Shown piece after piece: positions 35,840-48,284 of a stretch of DNA of 64,000 bases. The notes under the pieces were generated by a model. The model had not been told where the DNA came from and did no database searches. It saw nothing but the letters and a program-made list of their open reading frames with translations. The translations under genes were made by a program, and so were the position numbers. Every line of letters starts with the position of its first letter. Positions within the stretch are counted from its first letter, which is position 1. The DNA comes from Okamejei kenojei (lineage: Eukaryota): the NCBI GenBank assembly GCA_035221665.1, contig CM069159.1, positions 34,472,001-34,536,000 of the forward strand, read 5' to 3'.

Positions 35840-36452
35840 CGAAAGAACTGCAGATGCTGGTTTGAACCAAAGGTAGACACAAAATGCTGGAGTAACTCAG
35901 CGGGTCAGGCAGCATCTCTGGAGAGAAGGAATGGATGAAGTTTCGGTTCGAGATCCTTCTTCAGACTGAAGAAATGTCACCCATTCCATCTGGAGTTTAG
36001 AAGGATGAGGGGGCATCTTATAGAAACATATAAAATTATAAAAGGACTGGACAAGCTAGATGCAGGAAAAATGTTCCCAATATTGGGCGAGTCCAGAACC
36101 AGGGGCCACAGTCTTAGTATAAAGGGGATGTCATTTAAGGCTGAGGTGAGAAAAAACTTTTTCACCTAGAGAGTTGTGAATTTATGGAATTCCCTGCCAT
36201 GAGGGCAGTGGAGGCCAAATCACTGGATGGATTTAAGAGAGAGTTAGATAGAGCTCTAGTGGAATCAAGGGATATGGGGAGAAGGCAGGCACGGGTTAAT
36301 GATAGGGGACGATCAGCCATGATCACAATGAATGGCGGTGCTGTCTCGAAGGATCGAATGGCCTTCTCCTGCACCTATTTTCTATGTTTCTATGTTTCTA
36401 TCTCTCCAGAGATGCTGCCTGTCCCACTGAGTTACTCCAGCATTTTGTGTCT
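35840..36452. mobile_element. Penelope fold-back interrupted by a CR1 3' fragment (35990-36400, plus)
   Basis: pLTR cacccattcc...tctccagagatg is split by CR1 LEFRRMRG.. with a tttctatg tail. Confidence 0.85.
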
Positions 36453-37029
36453 AACTTGTTTTTCATCAGTGCTGATGTTTAACTGCCACAGGGTGGGTGA
36501 GGGGATGTTGCAAACTGATGCCTGGCCATTTGTGAAGAGGTGAAAATTGCATGGTGATACTGAGATTTACAGCCATGACAAGCTGAACGGGACGTGAATC
36601 CTCGCTGAGCTCAGAGATCCAACTTCCCATCATTTACCATTTGAACCATGTTCAGGGTGTTTAATATTCAAAGCTCGAAATGGCAAACATGTCCACACAT
36701 CTCCTCCTCCTCGCAAAAGATAGACCTATGAATGTCCGGATTAATTTAGCTCAATCTGTCCTTTAGCATTCTTTCATCTGTGCAAAACAAGCTGTTCCCT
36801 CCAGCCACCTGTCACTGATAGTTTATACTGTCTGTTGCCCAGCTGTATATTAACCATGGTCTTGCTGCCCTGGCGACTAATGATATCAAAGCAAAAACAG
36901 CTTGGTTCCATTGCTCTTGCTCATGATACCCCCTCTTCCATCTTCCTTTCTTCTGCTCTGTCTCCTGTTTCTTTATAAAGCTTGCTGGTCCCCCTAACTC
37001 AAATCCAATGGCTGGATCTTGGCATAGTT

Positions 37030-37172
37030 TTTCTTCTTCTGGTGTATGGCGTGCACAGCCTAAAGTTGGAGGACAACTTGTTCTATTTGATCTTATTTGA
37101 TTGTGCACGCCGGGTTGATTGCATTCGTCGAAACAGGGCGGACCACGTGAAGGTTGCAATCTCCCCCCCCCC
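37030..37172 (-). mobile_element. Short HDV-ribozyme-headed retroposon, copy 2
   Basis: G-run 5' end, ribozyme fold, 10-bp stem GGCGTGCACA/TGTGCACGCC and (GAA)n tail; short flanking repeat catag. Confidence 0.85.
37117..37170 (-). ncRNA. Minimal HDV-like (CPEB3-type) self-cleaving ribozyme
   Basis: Minus strand G(n)-A-GATTGCA-ACC-TTCACGT-GGT-CCGCCCT-G-TTTCGA-CGAA-TGCAATC maps to P1, J1/2, P2, P3, L3, P3', P1', P1.1, P4, J4/2 and P2'. Catalytic C at 37127. Confidence 0.8.
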
Positions 37173-37399
37173 CATAGATAGGTGAATGTGATGCATGTCA
37201 AATCTATTCTAATTGCATTTGCCTGTGGCAAAGGGTGGGAGAAATTTAAAGTAATGTCTATCAACTCTCTCAAGTGCTGTCACACTCTGATGTTAACCTT
37301 ATCTCTGAGGAGGATATTAGCCGGAAGGATCCTATCACATATATGGTGGGAGGCCAATGTCCCATAATGTCATCTTGCTGAAAGTCAGAGTTGGGTTGG

Positions 37400-38040
37400 G
37401 GCTGCAAAATTGCCGCAAGAAGTTGTATTGAGTTCATTGTCGTTTGCCATCTATGTTAACAATTTGGATGACAATATGGTTAACATTGCTATCAAATATG
37501 CAGATGACACCAAAATTGGGGGTATGGTGGTGAATGTCATTCGAGTTCAAGTTCAAATGAGTTTATTGTCATGTGTCCCTGATAGGACAATGACATTCTT
37601 TCTTTGCTTCACCACAACAGAACAGAGTAGGCATTGACTGCAAAACAGATCAGTGTGTCCATATATGTGGAGGGCTATCTACGTTTACAAAAGGATCTGA
37701 ATTAACCAGGGAAGTGGACCAAGGAATGGCAAATGGAATTGAACTCTGACAATTTAACTCGGAGGTTGTGCATTTTGCTAAGTTAAACTAGGGTAGGACT
37801 AACACAGTAAGTGGTCGTGGCATGGAAGGTGTTGTAGAGCAGAGAGACCGAGAGATGCAGGCTCATAGTTCCCTGAAAGTGGTGATACAGATAGGCAGCG
37901 TGGTGAAGGAGGCATTTGGCACGCTTGCCTTCATTGGTGAGGGTATAAAATACAGAGCTTTGGACATCGTGATACCACCGTACAAGATGTGGGTGAGGTC
38001 ACAAAACATCCTCAATAACAATCAGTACTGGAGCACCTCA
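37400..38040 (+). mobile_element. Old CR1 RT fragment
   Basis: LPQEVVLSSLSFAIYVNNLDD..KYADDTKIGG and VVKEAFGTLAFIGEGIKYR. Confidence 0.75.
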
Positions 38041-38122
38041 ACTTCAACGGATATGCTGCGGACTATTTCTTTACACAAAGGGTAACAAAATGGAAACAAA
38101 AAAATTGGCATTTTGTGTCCTC

Positions 38123-38169
38123 AAAGTACAGTTGATTCATTGAGAAAGTACAGTTGATTCATTGAGAAA
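38123..38169. repeat. 22-bp tandem duplication
   Basis: aaagtacagttgattcattgag occurs twice. Confidence 0.9.
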
Positions 38170-38761
38170 TCCAGAGATTGATATTCTTGTTGTATAAGTA
38201 AATACAACAAAATGCAACCAATGCATTTAGATGCAATTACGGCACAGATCTGCCATGGTCTAATTGAAAGATGGATAATGCTCATGAAGATGAACGGCCC
38301 ACCTTGCGATGCAACGCTCCCATTGCGTGGGTGGACCCTCAATATGTAGCTACTTCTGGGCTGTGTTTGGCACAGCCTAGCCCTGCTGTTCGTGTTGGCA
38401 CGGTCATATGTCACTGCCTCACATTAAGATCATGTCTTGGAACAGTGACCTTCTGCCTCTGCACCTGGAATCATAGTCAGTCGAGACAGACGCCAAATAC
38501 GTCTATATCTGATGGGATCCAACGAGTTTGTGTCAATGTTAATTATCAGGGGACCTGCTCCAGCATTGTGGTGAGTGGAAACTGAAGAGCAGATGTCTTC
38601 ATTCCAATTATTAATTGGAACACTTGAGCTCGTCATGTAAATATTTCAGCTTTGTTTTATATCAGTTTTAGCGAGTTTTATCGGGTGTTTTAATCAAAAA
38701 TGTCTTGTTCTGTTTGTGAAAAGGTTTATCATTAATTTATGAACAAACACATTGATTATTA

Positions 38762-38960
38762 TGTGCAGGAAGAAACTGCAGATGCTGGTTTAAACCAATG
38801 ATAGGCACAAAAAGCTAGAGTAACTCAGGACAGGCAGCGTCTCTGGAGAGAAGGAATGGGTGACGACCCTTCAGGAGGGTCTCGACCCGAAACGTCACCC
38901 ATTCCTTCTCTCCAGAGACGCTGCCTGTCCCTCGGAGATATCCAGCATTTTGTGTCTATC
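38762..38960. mobile_element. Penelope fold-back insertion
   Basis: Inverted pLTR arms flanked by cattgattatt on both sides. Confidence 0.85.
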
Positions 38961-40693
38961 ATTGATTATTCTGTTCTTTCTATAATCTTGAATCTTTCGC
39001 AATGAGACTTTCAGTGTAAATCTTTCTTGTGCTCGGTTGAATATAATCCTCGCTCGAATTCCCACAAGTTACTGATTGTTTACATGTGAAACCAAATGAG
39101 GATGGGCTGATCAGGAAAGATTACGGTGCCAGGTTTAATCCAAATCCCTCTATTCTACAGCAGTCATTATACAAACTGCATCCTCTACAATTAATAGGAA
39201 CTGAGGAGCATCCTTTGCAATGTTTTCAGCGGATTTGGTTTTGTGTAATTTGCATACTGACAATGCACATGCCACTCAGATCTTCAGTTCTCCTTGGAAT
39301 CCGCAATAATATTTCCATCGGAAATTAATATTAAATCTGACATACAAAGTACCTGCAGCCCAACCAGGTTCACTTTGCCCAGTTTATCCTCACCAGTGCT
39401 CTGTTCCACCATTCAGTCATTTTCTTTTGATTACACGCTGATCCCCAAAATATACGGAGAACACTTCACAACTATCACCACATTTGGAAACACCTGGCTA
39501 ATCAGAGTCCGGTGCTGGTTTGTAGGACGGGAGATTGGCGAGACAGACGATGTAGTGGAATACCTGGAGCACCAAAGGATGCCATCCTTTGCCTGGGGAA
39601 CACCTATGATGTAAAGAATGTTGTTGTATTTAAAGTGTCATAACGGCAGCCTATGGACTCAGTTTGACTTTAGCTTAAAATTTGAATTTATGTGGCACCT
39701 TTCATAATCAAGAGATTCTGAAATTGTTTACAACCCAATTAAAGTACATTAATTAACAATATACAGAGCAGCCTAAGACATTCAATAAATAATCAGCAAT
39801 AGGTGATATGAAGTGATATGAGGAGAAAGCAGGAACGGGGTACTGATTCTGGATGATTAGCCATGATCATATTGAATGGTGGGGCTGGCTCAGAGGGCCG
39901 AATGGCCTACTCCTGCATCTATTTTCTAGTTTTCCATGTTTCTACGATTGCAAACTATTTGAGCCGTACAACGAGGAAGGCCAGGCAAAGTGTGACTGCC
40001 CATTGATCACCCATTTGTGCTTCCGTGCCAGAGGAGGTACCAGCAAGGGTGACGATGGATGACAATGAGTGGACAGAGCCCGTCACCCTGCCTCATTACA
40101 GCCAGGAGTGGAGCCACGGTGCAAGCCCGGGAACTCTGCAAATAGGAAGAGACAGTGCCAGGGTTGCAGCTGTGACTGTCCTGTGCGATCAGATGGAGCT
40201 GACAACTTGAATTACATCAGCCTTCCCGTCGTACTCATGGCTGTTGATGACCTTGAGATGGAACTGATGATGCAGGAAAGCTCTTAGTGGCATTTCAAAA
40301 CAGATCAGAGCTTCTCGTTCTAACAGAGATATTTTCAGCCTCAGTCTTTGGAATTAAGAGCATAAAAGCAAAATGCCGGAGGAACTCAGTGAGCCAGACA
40401 GCACCCGTGAGGGAAATACACAGACATTGTTTTGGGTTGGGACCCTTCTTCAGACTGATGGAGGAAAGGGGAAATGGGTGGTAGAGAGGGGTGAGGGGAA
40501 GGGATTGTAAAGTGTCGTGCCATTCATTGTATATTTTCCCCTTTACATTTCACCTCCCAAAATACAACACCTCACATTTGCTCAGATTAAACTCTGCAAT
40601 TTCTCTGCCCATTTCTGTTGCTGAGTGACCGACCACTGTTTTCTGTGACAGCCTTCCACAACCCCAACGATCTTGGTGTTATCTGCAAAATTA

Positions 40694-41160
40694 AGGGGCT
40701 GTCCCACTCTGGTGATCTAATCCACGAGTTCTGGCGAGTTTGCCCTCGCCTCATACTCGCAGCATGGTCGACACGAGGTCCTAGGAGGTCTTTGTAACTC
40801 ACCTTCATGCTCGAGAGTGGTCTGCGCGTACTCGAGGCCTCAGCTAGGTCACGGTGTATTTTTCAACATGTTGAAAAATGCCAACGAGTAAAAAATGGTC
40901 GCAATGGTCGCAATGGTCGCAATCAATACTTTTTTTACGCATAGGTTTAGTTGTAGTAGGTCGGCATGTTAGTCGTAGGTAATCGAGGGAGTCGAAGGTA
41001 GTTTTAGATAGTCTTCATCATAGTCGAAGGGAGGTCGAAGGAGGTCATTTTCACTCTCCACTATTTGGTGTCCAACTTTCCCGAAGTTAGTCGTAGCTAG
41101 TCATAGCTAGTCGAAAGTCGAAGGAGGTCTTCAACATGAAATTTTTTTCAAACTCTCCTA
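40694..41160. mobile_element. PIF/Harbinger non-autonomous element, right TIR lost, inside an old CR1 fragment
   Basis: TTA|AGGGGCTGTCCCACT start; interior similar to the 12508 element, with GTCG-rich repeats. Confidence 0.75.
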
Positions 41161-41254
41161 TAACTAACCAGCCCGTCTACATCACATCCAAGTCATTTAT
41201 ATATATCTATATCTATCTATATATTATCTATATAGAGATAGATATAGATTGTAA

Positions 41255-42160
41255 TTGATTTTATTAGGCAAGTATGAAAACAAAACAAGTATGTAAATCA
41301 TACGAGGAATTTGATTTGCCATACAGTCATACCAAAAATGCAACAAAACACAACCACATAAAAATTTAACATAAACATCCCCCACAGCGGCCTCTCCACA
41401 TTCCTCACTGTGATGGAAGACAATAAAGTTTTATCTTCTTTCCTCCTTGTTCTCCCCCAGTCGAAGGAGTTGAACCATCCTCAGTGGGGGCGATCGGAGC
41501 TCCCGTGATCGGGGCGGTCGAAGCTCCTGCGGCTTGGAGCTCCCAAAGCCAGTCCCGCACCAGGGTCCACGAGCTCCACGATGTCAAAGTCCGCAGGCTC
41601 CCACGGTTGGAGTTCCCAAGGTCGATCCCCAACAAGAGGCCGGCAGCTCCACAATGTTAGGTTGCAGTGCCGACGGAGATACATAGAAACATAGAATCAT
41701 AGAAATTAGGTGCAGGAGCAGGCCATTCGGCCCTTCGAGCCTGCACCGCCATTCAATATGATCACGGCTGATCATCCAACTCAGTATCCTGTACCTGCCT
41801 TCTCTCCATACCCCCTGATCCCTTCAGCCACAAGGGCCACATCCAACTCCCTCTTAAATATAGCCAATGAACTGGCCTCAACTACCTTCTGTGGCAGAGA
41901 GTTCCACAGACTCACCACTCTCTGTGTGAAAAATGATTTTCTCATCTCGGTCCTAAAAGACTTCCCCCTTATCCTTAAACTGTGAACCCTTGTCCTGGAC
42001 TTCCCCAACATCGGGAACAATCTTCCTGCATCTAGCCTGTCCAACCCCTTAAGAATTTTGTAAGTATACGATACGGAAAAAGTCGCATCTCCATAATACC
42101 CCCCCCCATAATACGAAACTAAAGATATATTAAAACAACATTTAACAAATTTAAATACAA
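41255..42160 (-). mobile_element. Unclassified GC-rich interspersed repeat with nested CR1 3' end (41682-42065, minus)
   Basis: The CR1 is clear (ORF YKILKGLDRLDAGRLFP); the host sequence ggagatac|...|gatacggaaaaagtcg resumes after it. Confidence 0.6.
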
Positions 42161-42498
42161 CAAAGAGAGAAAGGGGCAGCACAGACAGTTGACGAGATAT
42201 AGATACTGTGATATATATATAGATATTATGTTATATACAGCAGAGATCCCAGCACAGATTCCTGTGGAATTCCATTGGTCACAGAGCTCCAGCCTAAATA
42301 TTGTCCTTCCACCACAATACTCAGCCTTCATTAAATAAGGGAGTTCTGAATCCATACGAACATGTCACTGTTAATCCTGTGAATCTTTATGTTCTGGAAC
42401 AGTGTACCATGGGGGACTTTCGCCATGTAAAAAACATCCACAGCCCTACCCTCATCGGATCACGTTAGTGAGACACAACCTGATGCATACAAAGCCAT

Positions 42499-42630
42499 AG
42501 AATCTGAAGAAAGTTCTCGACCCGAAACGTCACCCAAGAATCTGAAGATGGGTCTCGACCCGAAACGTCACCCATTCTTTCTCTCCAGAGATGCTGCCTG
42601 TCCCACTGAGTTACTCCAGCATTTTGTGTC
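42499..42630 (+). mobile_element. Penelope pLTR with tandem hammerhead cores (42504-31 and 42542-69)
   Basis: Two CTGAAGA...GAAACGTC units at a 38-nt period; the second has an intact stem II. Confidence 0.8.
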
Positions 42631-42669
42631 AGCATTCAAAAAATTATCCCATTCTCATTCAATGGGAGT

Positions 42670-43110
42670 AAATCCTATCCCGAAGAACCCTCTCCAATAG
42701 CTTCCCAACCACAGACAGGAGGCTCACCGGCCTATAGTTCCCTGGATTCCCTCTACTTCCCTTCTTGCACAATAGTGAACATTAATCACTCTGCAGGACT
42801 TTGCCTGTGGTTAGAGAAGATGCACAGATCATAGTCAAGGCTCCCGCAATCTTCTCTCTTGCTCCGCTCAATAATCTGGGATAGGTCCTATCAGTTCCTG
42901 GGAATTAACCCATCGTAATGCTCCACGAGCCCCAACACCTCCTCCTTAATCTCAAACTACACTCTCATATTAGTATTCTCTACACTCATCTCACTGTCCT
43001 CCATGTCCTTCTCCTTGGTAAAAACAGATGCAAAGTACAAGCCTAGTACCTCGCCTCCATCCCCAGACTCCAAGCACACAATCCGTCCTTTATCCTTGAG
43101 TGCTCCCATC
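42670..43110 (-). mobile_element. Old CR1 ORF2 fragment
   Basis: Degraded similarity to the region around KSPGPD (ggataggtcctatcagttcctgggaatt). Confidence 0.55.
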
Positions 43111-45084
43111 TTCTCTCTGGTTACCCTCCTGAGATGGGAAGATTGGTGAAGGAATACAAATGATCCAGCAATATCTGGATTGAGAGTAAGCAGGTTATCT
43201 CTTCCTCACCACACGTTGCATGTCAGTAACTGTGATCACTCCGCAGACATCACCACTTTTTCAGCAGACTCTGACCCATTCCATTTCGAAATGCACTTTG
43301 TGCATGAACTTAACTCTGAATATCTGAGAATAAATAAATAATGCCCAATTTATACAGTGCAATGTCATTTCCTAAAGTGCTTCCCACAGTGAGTTATCTT
43401 TGATGAACAGTGACAGTTGTGTTCCAAGTGCACAAAGCACTCTGTAATAGCATAGGCACAAAACCTCAAAAAATGAACCAAGACACCAGGAATTGCAGGT
43501 ACCCGAGACTTGAACAAAACACAAAGTGCTGGAGGAACTCAATGGATCAGGCAGCATCTGGGGAGGGAATAGACAGATGATGTTTCGGGTCAGGACCCTT
43601 GTTCAGTCTGATCAAAAAAAAGAATGATCACTTGAAGTTGATCAAGTTGAAGTTGGTGCCAGTGCGAGAATAATTGTTCTTGATAAAAGAAAATAATGAA
43701 AAATGGGACATTGAAGGCATGAGAGAAGTGTGAATGGAGGGAAGGAGGGAGGAAATTAAGGAGGGGGGAGGAAGGACAAAAAGAGGGATGGAAGGAAGAA
43801 AAGAAGGATAGACAGCCCTATCAGGCCAGTCATGGTCTTTGATGATCCCATCGCAGAACACCCAACAGCAGACTGAGGCTTTGTCATTGTTGTAATGTTG
43901 TGAAATTATGCACACGAACCTCTTGTGACGAGATAGCTTTTCATTTCAGGCATTACTGTATAAACATCAGCTTTCCAAAGCTTTCCTCCGAGATTTGTTA
44001 CGTCCCCTTGAGCTGGCGGTGAAGTTAACGAACATGATGTATCCAAGTCGCGAAGAACAGGAATGAGTTGCATCTCGTCCATCATGATCCCCCAGCCCTC
44101 TTCATTGTGGAAAGGCTCTGGAGCCTGAATTCACCTGAGAAAAAATAGACGAGACCCAGCTTCCAAGAAATGAGAAATATGAAGGGGGATAAACAGAACG
44201 AGGAGTAATCAGAAATCTTCCAGCATCTTATAATTAATATAACATTGCTGCTTAATTTCTTGCCTTCGCTTTAATCATCTTCACTATAATTTATTCATGT
44301 CTTCATTATAATCCATCATAATTCATTCATTGTATTCATTATGAGTTGTTAATCATTTTCTTCAGTGATCCAATGCTTGGTCTTGCGATTCTGCCTTTCA
44401 ATGGCTGCTCTCTTGTCTTGCGTGTTCATTACAGATTAAAACTGTGTTTGCCGCTGAGCCTGGGGGACGAGCACAATCCCCATCTCAGGCTGACGACAGC
44501 TGTTCAGGAAGGATATAATCAATGTTCCCTGCAACAGATTTATCAATATTCATAACTCGACACTTTCCAGGAATAGATTCCGTCACCATCCCAACAGACA
44601 AGACGATTATAGTGCAACCATCTCAAAGTAAAGCATTATTTCAAGAAAATTGCACACAACATTGAGAGGGTTTTATTTTAAGTAGGATCGGGACGCTTCT
44701 GATTTAACCTCCACAAAACCTTTAAAAAAAAAATTCAACCTGCAAAGTGATGGAGCCAAATTTTACACTTTTCTTCGAAATTCCCTGAGACTTGAGATTG
44801 ATTTATTTTCTGTACTGATGGAAAAGGAGAGAGAGTCTCCGGCAGATGGATATTTCTGCTCCGTGATGCATTCAAGGACAGACGCACTGAAATTCAAATT
44901 CATGTGACTGTGTCTGTGGCTCAATCCCACATGATATGACTGAACCTGGCAAAACATGCCCAGTGAAACCTCATCTTAAACCAGTCCTGGAAACCTCTGA
45001 TCCACAAAACCATTAAATCAAACAACTTATTTTTCTGTCATCTCACTATTTTAGGTGGTCCCTTCCGCTGGATGGTTTCAGACT

Positions 45085-45385
45085 TAGCTTAGTTTAATTT
45101 AGAGATACAGCGCGGAAACAGGCCCTTCAGCCCACCGAGCCCATGCCGACCAGCAATCCCCATGCTATCCTTCACACTCGGGACAATTCACAATTATACC
45201 AAGCCAATTAACCTACAAACCTGTGCGACTTTGGAGTATGGGAGGAAACCGGAGATCCCGGCGAAAACCCATGCAGGGTACGGGTAGAACGTACAAACTC
45301 CATACAGACAGCACATGAAGTTGGGATCAAATCTGGGTTTTTGCTGCTTTAAGGCAGCAACTCTACCGCTGCAGCACCATGCTGC
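45085..45385 (-). mobile_element. HE1 SINE
   Basis: Head, V-domain and tail. Confidence 0.88.
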
Positions 45386-45712
45386 CCAATTACTTCATTT
45401 GAGGGTTTCAAGTAACCTTGCAACAGATGGATTTGGACAGGCTCCTTTATTTGATACTTCCAGTGAGCTCCTTAAAGAGATGGTTTTGAATAATTCTTCA
45501 ATACATGGTTTCAAAGATGGTGTCCGGTGGACTCGTCTTCGAGAACTCTTTCTTCAAATGGTTTCAACATTGGTGAAACAATGGAGATGTAGTTCGCGCT
45601 GCTGCCTCACAATCTACGGGGCATCAGTTGAATTCTAACCTCGGGTACCCTCTGTGCAGACTTTGTCTCCAATTCCAGGTGCACTAATTTTCTTCCGCAT
45701 CCCAAAGATCTG

Positions 45713-45857
45713 ATGGTAGGTTCAAGGGCGACTTTGACCTATTCATTGGTGAAGATTGGTGGCAAAAAAAATCCAGTGGTAGTTGATGGTCATGTAAGAA
45801 ATCAATGGTTCAACCATGACACCAAATATAATAAGCAGCAGGATACTGAGAAATAAG
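45713..45857. repeat. 145-bp segment duplicated in inverted orientation at 48067-48211
   Basis: Reverse-complement match with about 4 substitutions. Confidence 0.95.
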
Positions 45858-47739
45858 GAGCGAAGGAATGGGATGGGTGAGATTGCAAGTGATAAAGACA
45901 GCATTGACTTAAGTAACTCCCTCATGTTATTAGAAGTGTAAGATAAAGTAAGAAAAATGCCCCCTCGTCATTTAATTTCAGGTGGTTCCCCGAAAGGCTG
46001 AATGACCTTGTCCTGCACCTATTGTCTATTGTCGATTGATATGATGATTTCACGTACACTTTCGACAGTTGAGGAAACTTCAATGGGATGTGATCAGAAT
46101 TATATCTCCAGGTTGCATCGGTAAAGTGCAGATGAGGAAGGCTTTCATTATCTGGCAATTTTTCTAATTGATTTGTGTATACTTGATTTGCATTCTTGGC
46201 AACAGCAGATGAGATTATATAGTGTATTTAGCATCATAAAAGAATCCAGAATAGAAATAATTAGAGAGGCAGGTGCTGGGGAAGATTATGGGGAACGATA
46301 AAAGATGCAGGCTTATTTTTACCTCTGGCCCACAGCAGAAACGTTGTGTGGTTGTTCTGAATCTGCTCTTTCTCAACCCCTAGGCAATAACCCGATGTAA
46401 GGAAGTGACTGTCTTTCTCTAAAAATAACTTGTTAGTTAGTTTCCCACTCACTTACTGTGACACTGAAATTTTAAAAAATAGTCTTGCAGTAAGAAATTC
46501 AGTCTGAAGAAGGCTCCCGACCCGAAACGTCGCCCATTCCGTCTCTCCAGAGATGCTGCCTCACCCGCTGAGATACTCCAGCATTTGGTGTCTACCCAAG
46601 AAATTCACTTACTGGTCAACAGGAGTTTTCTCACTGGAATATTAAAAGAAGAATAAGCGAGAATAGTCCTCTGACCCATCAGGTTCTGTGAGGAGGGACA
46701 TTAATTCAGAGTCCATTTTTTGCTCTTATTTTAGAATCCCACCTGCAGCATTTTGATTTTTTTTTACTGGAATATTTTAAATCGCTCTCTTTCTTTTACT
46801 CTCACCAAGAAGTACTTTCAAATAATTGTTCTCCCTTTCATCCTTTCAGACTTCCATTTCCTCTTCATCTTTAATAATCTGCACTTTCTTCCAGACTGAA
46901 GAAAGTTGACCCATAATATTGTCTGTTCATTTCCTTCCACAGATGCTGCCTGACCTGTTGAATTCCTTCACTAGTTTGTTTTTTTTTGCTCAAGATTGCA
47001 GTTTCTGCAGATTCTTGGGTCTTCATCTTAGCTCCATTGCAAAATCTCCTCAAACTGTGCGTACTTTGAAGAAGGTCTCCTCCTCTCTCTGATGGGAGTT
47101 CAATGAGATCCTCTCGCACTGCTCCCCGTTTGATTCCTGAGGCTCTCCAGTTCTTCCTCCATGTTCCGGGCCAGGCTACGACCACAAACACAGTCTGAAG
47201 AAGGGTCCTGACTCAAAATTTTGTCAGCCGATTTCCCTCCTCAGATGCTGCCTGATCTTTTGAGTTCCTACATTAGTTCGATTTACGCTCAAGATTCCAG
47301 CATCTGCAGTCTCTTGATTTTCTTCAACTGATTCCATTGCTCTAAACTCTAAGTCTCAAGTTAAAACCATTTGTTTCAGACAAAGATTGCCCTGGGCATG
47401 AGAGGTTACATGAACCTGACGTGATGTTTCATAAGGCTTCAATGTAAGTACCTACACTTGACTGAGTGTAGGCTCACTAATTCCCACTGCTGACTGTAAG
47501 CATTAGGATTAGATTGAGCTCTGGCACAGCAGAAACCCAAAAGCCTAGAGTTTAATAATGAATGATGCTTAAGAGTCGATCTAGATTGTGGGATCATCAT
47601 CAAATTGCTGCTGAGCTATGAACAAGGTGGGCCAATTGCAGATAGCACTATACGTTAATTAATTGTGGTAACCTGTGAATGTTTCGACCCTCAGCGAAGT
47701 AATGATAGTCAACACTGATAGATAGTATCATCCATAACC

Positions 47740-48248
47740 TACTAGACACAAAAAGTTGGAGTAAGTCAGCGGGACAGGCAGCATCTCTGGAGAGAAGAAG
47801 GGTCTCGACCCAAAACGTCACCCGTTCTTTCTCTCCAGTGATGCTGCCTGTCCCGCTGTTGTTTAAGAAAGAACTGCAGATGCTTGAAAAATCGAAGGTA
47901 GACATAAATGCTGGAGAAACTCAGCGGGTGAGGCAGCATCTATGGAGCGAAGGAATAGGTGACGTTTCGGGACGAGACCCTAAATATTCCTTCGCTCCAT
48001 AGAGGCTGCCTCACCTGCTGAGTTTCTCCAGCATTTTTGTCGGCCTGTCCTGCTGAGTTACTCCAGCTTATTTCTTAGTATGCTGCTGCTTATTATATTT
48101 GGTGTCATGGTTGAACCATTGATTTCTTACATGAACATCAACTACCATTGGATTTTTTTTGCCACCAATCTTCACCAATGAATAGGTCAAAGTCGCCCTT
48201 GAACCTACCATTCAGTTTAAACCAGCATCTGCAGTTACTTCTTACACA
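47740..48248. mobile_element. Nested Penelope fold-back elements carrying the 145-bp inverted insert
   Basis: One pLTR subfamily palindrome lies inside another; the outer arm resumes after 48211. Confidence 0.85.
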
Positions 48249-48284
48249 TCAATAACCTACTGACTGATATCGGATTATCAGTCA

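Noticed and set aside
37117-37170. The orthologous CPEB3 intronic ribozyme locus
   Set aside because: No CPEB exons are recognisable, and the motif is part of a repeated, tailed, TSD-flanked element. The similarity is one of structural family only.
43920-44134. Selenoprotein-like frame with three in-frame TGA codons
   Set aside because: No recognisable selenoprotein homology or SECIS; consistent with chance stops.
45713-48211. 2.5-kb inversion with staggered-break duplications
   Set aside because: The pLTR hosting the second copy continues in the same orientation on both sides, which favours an insertion.
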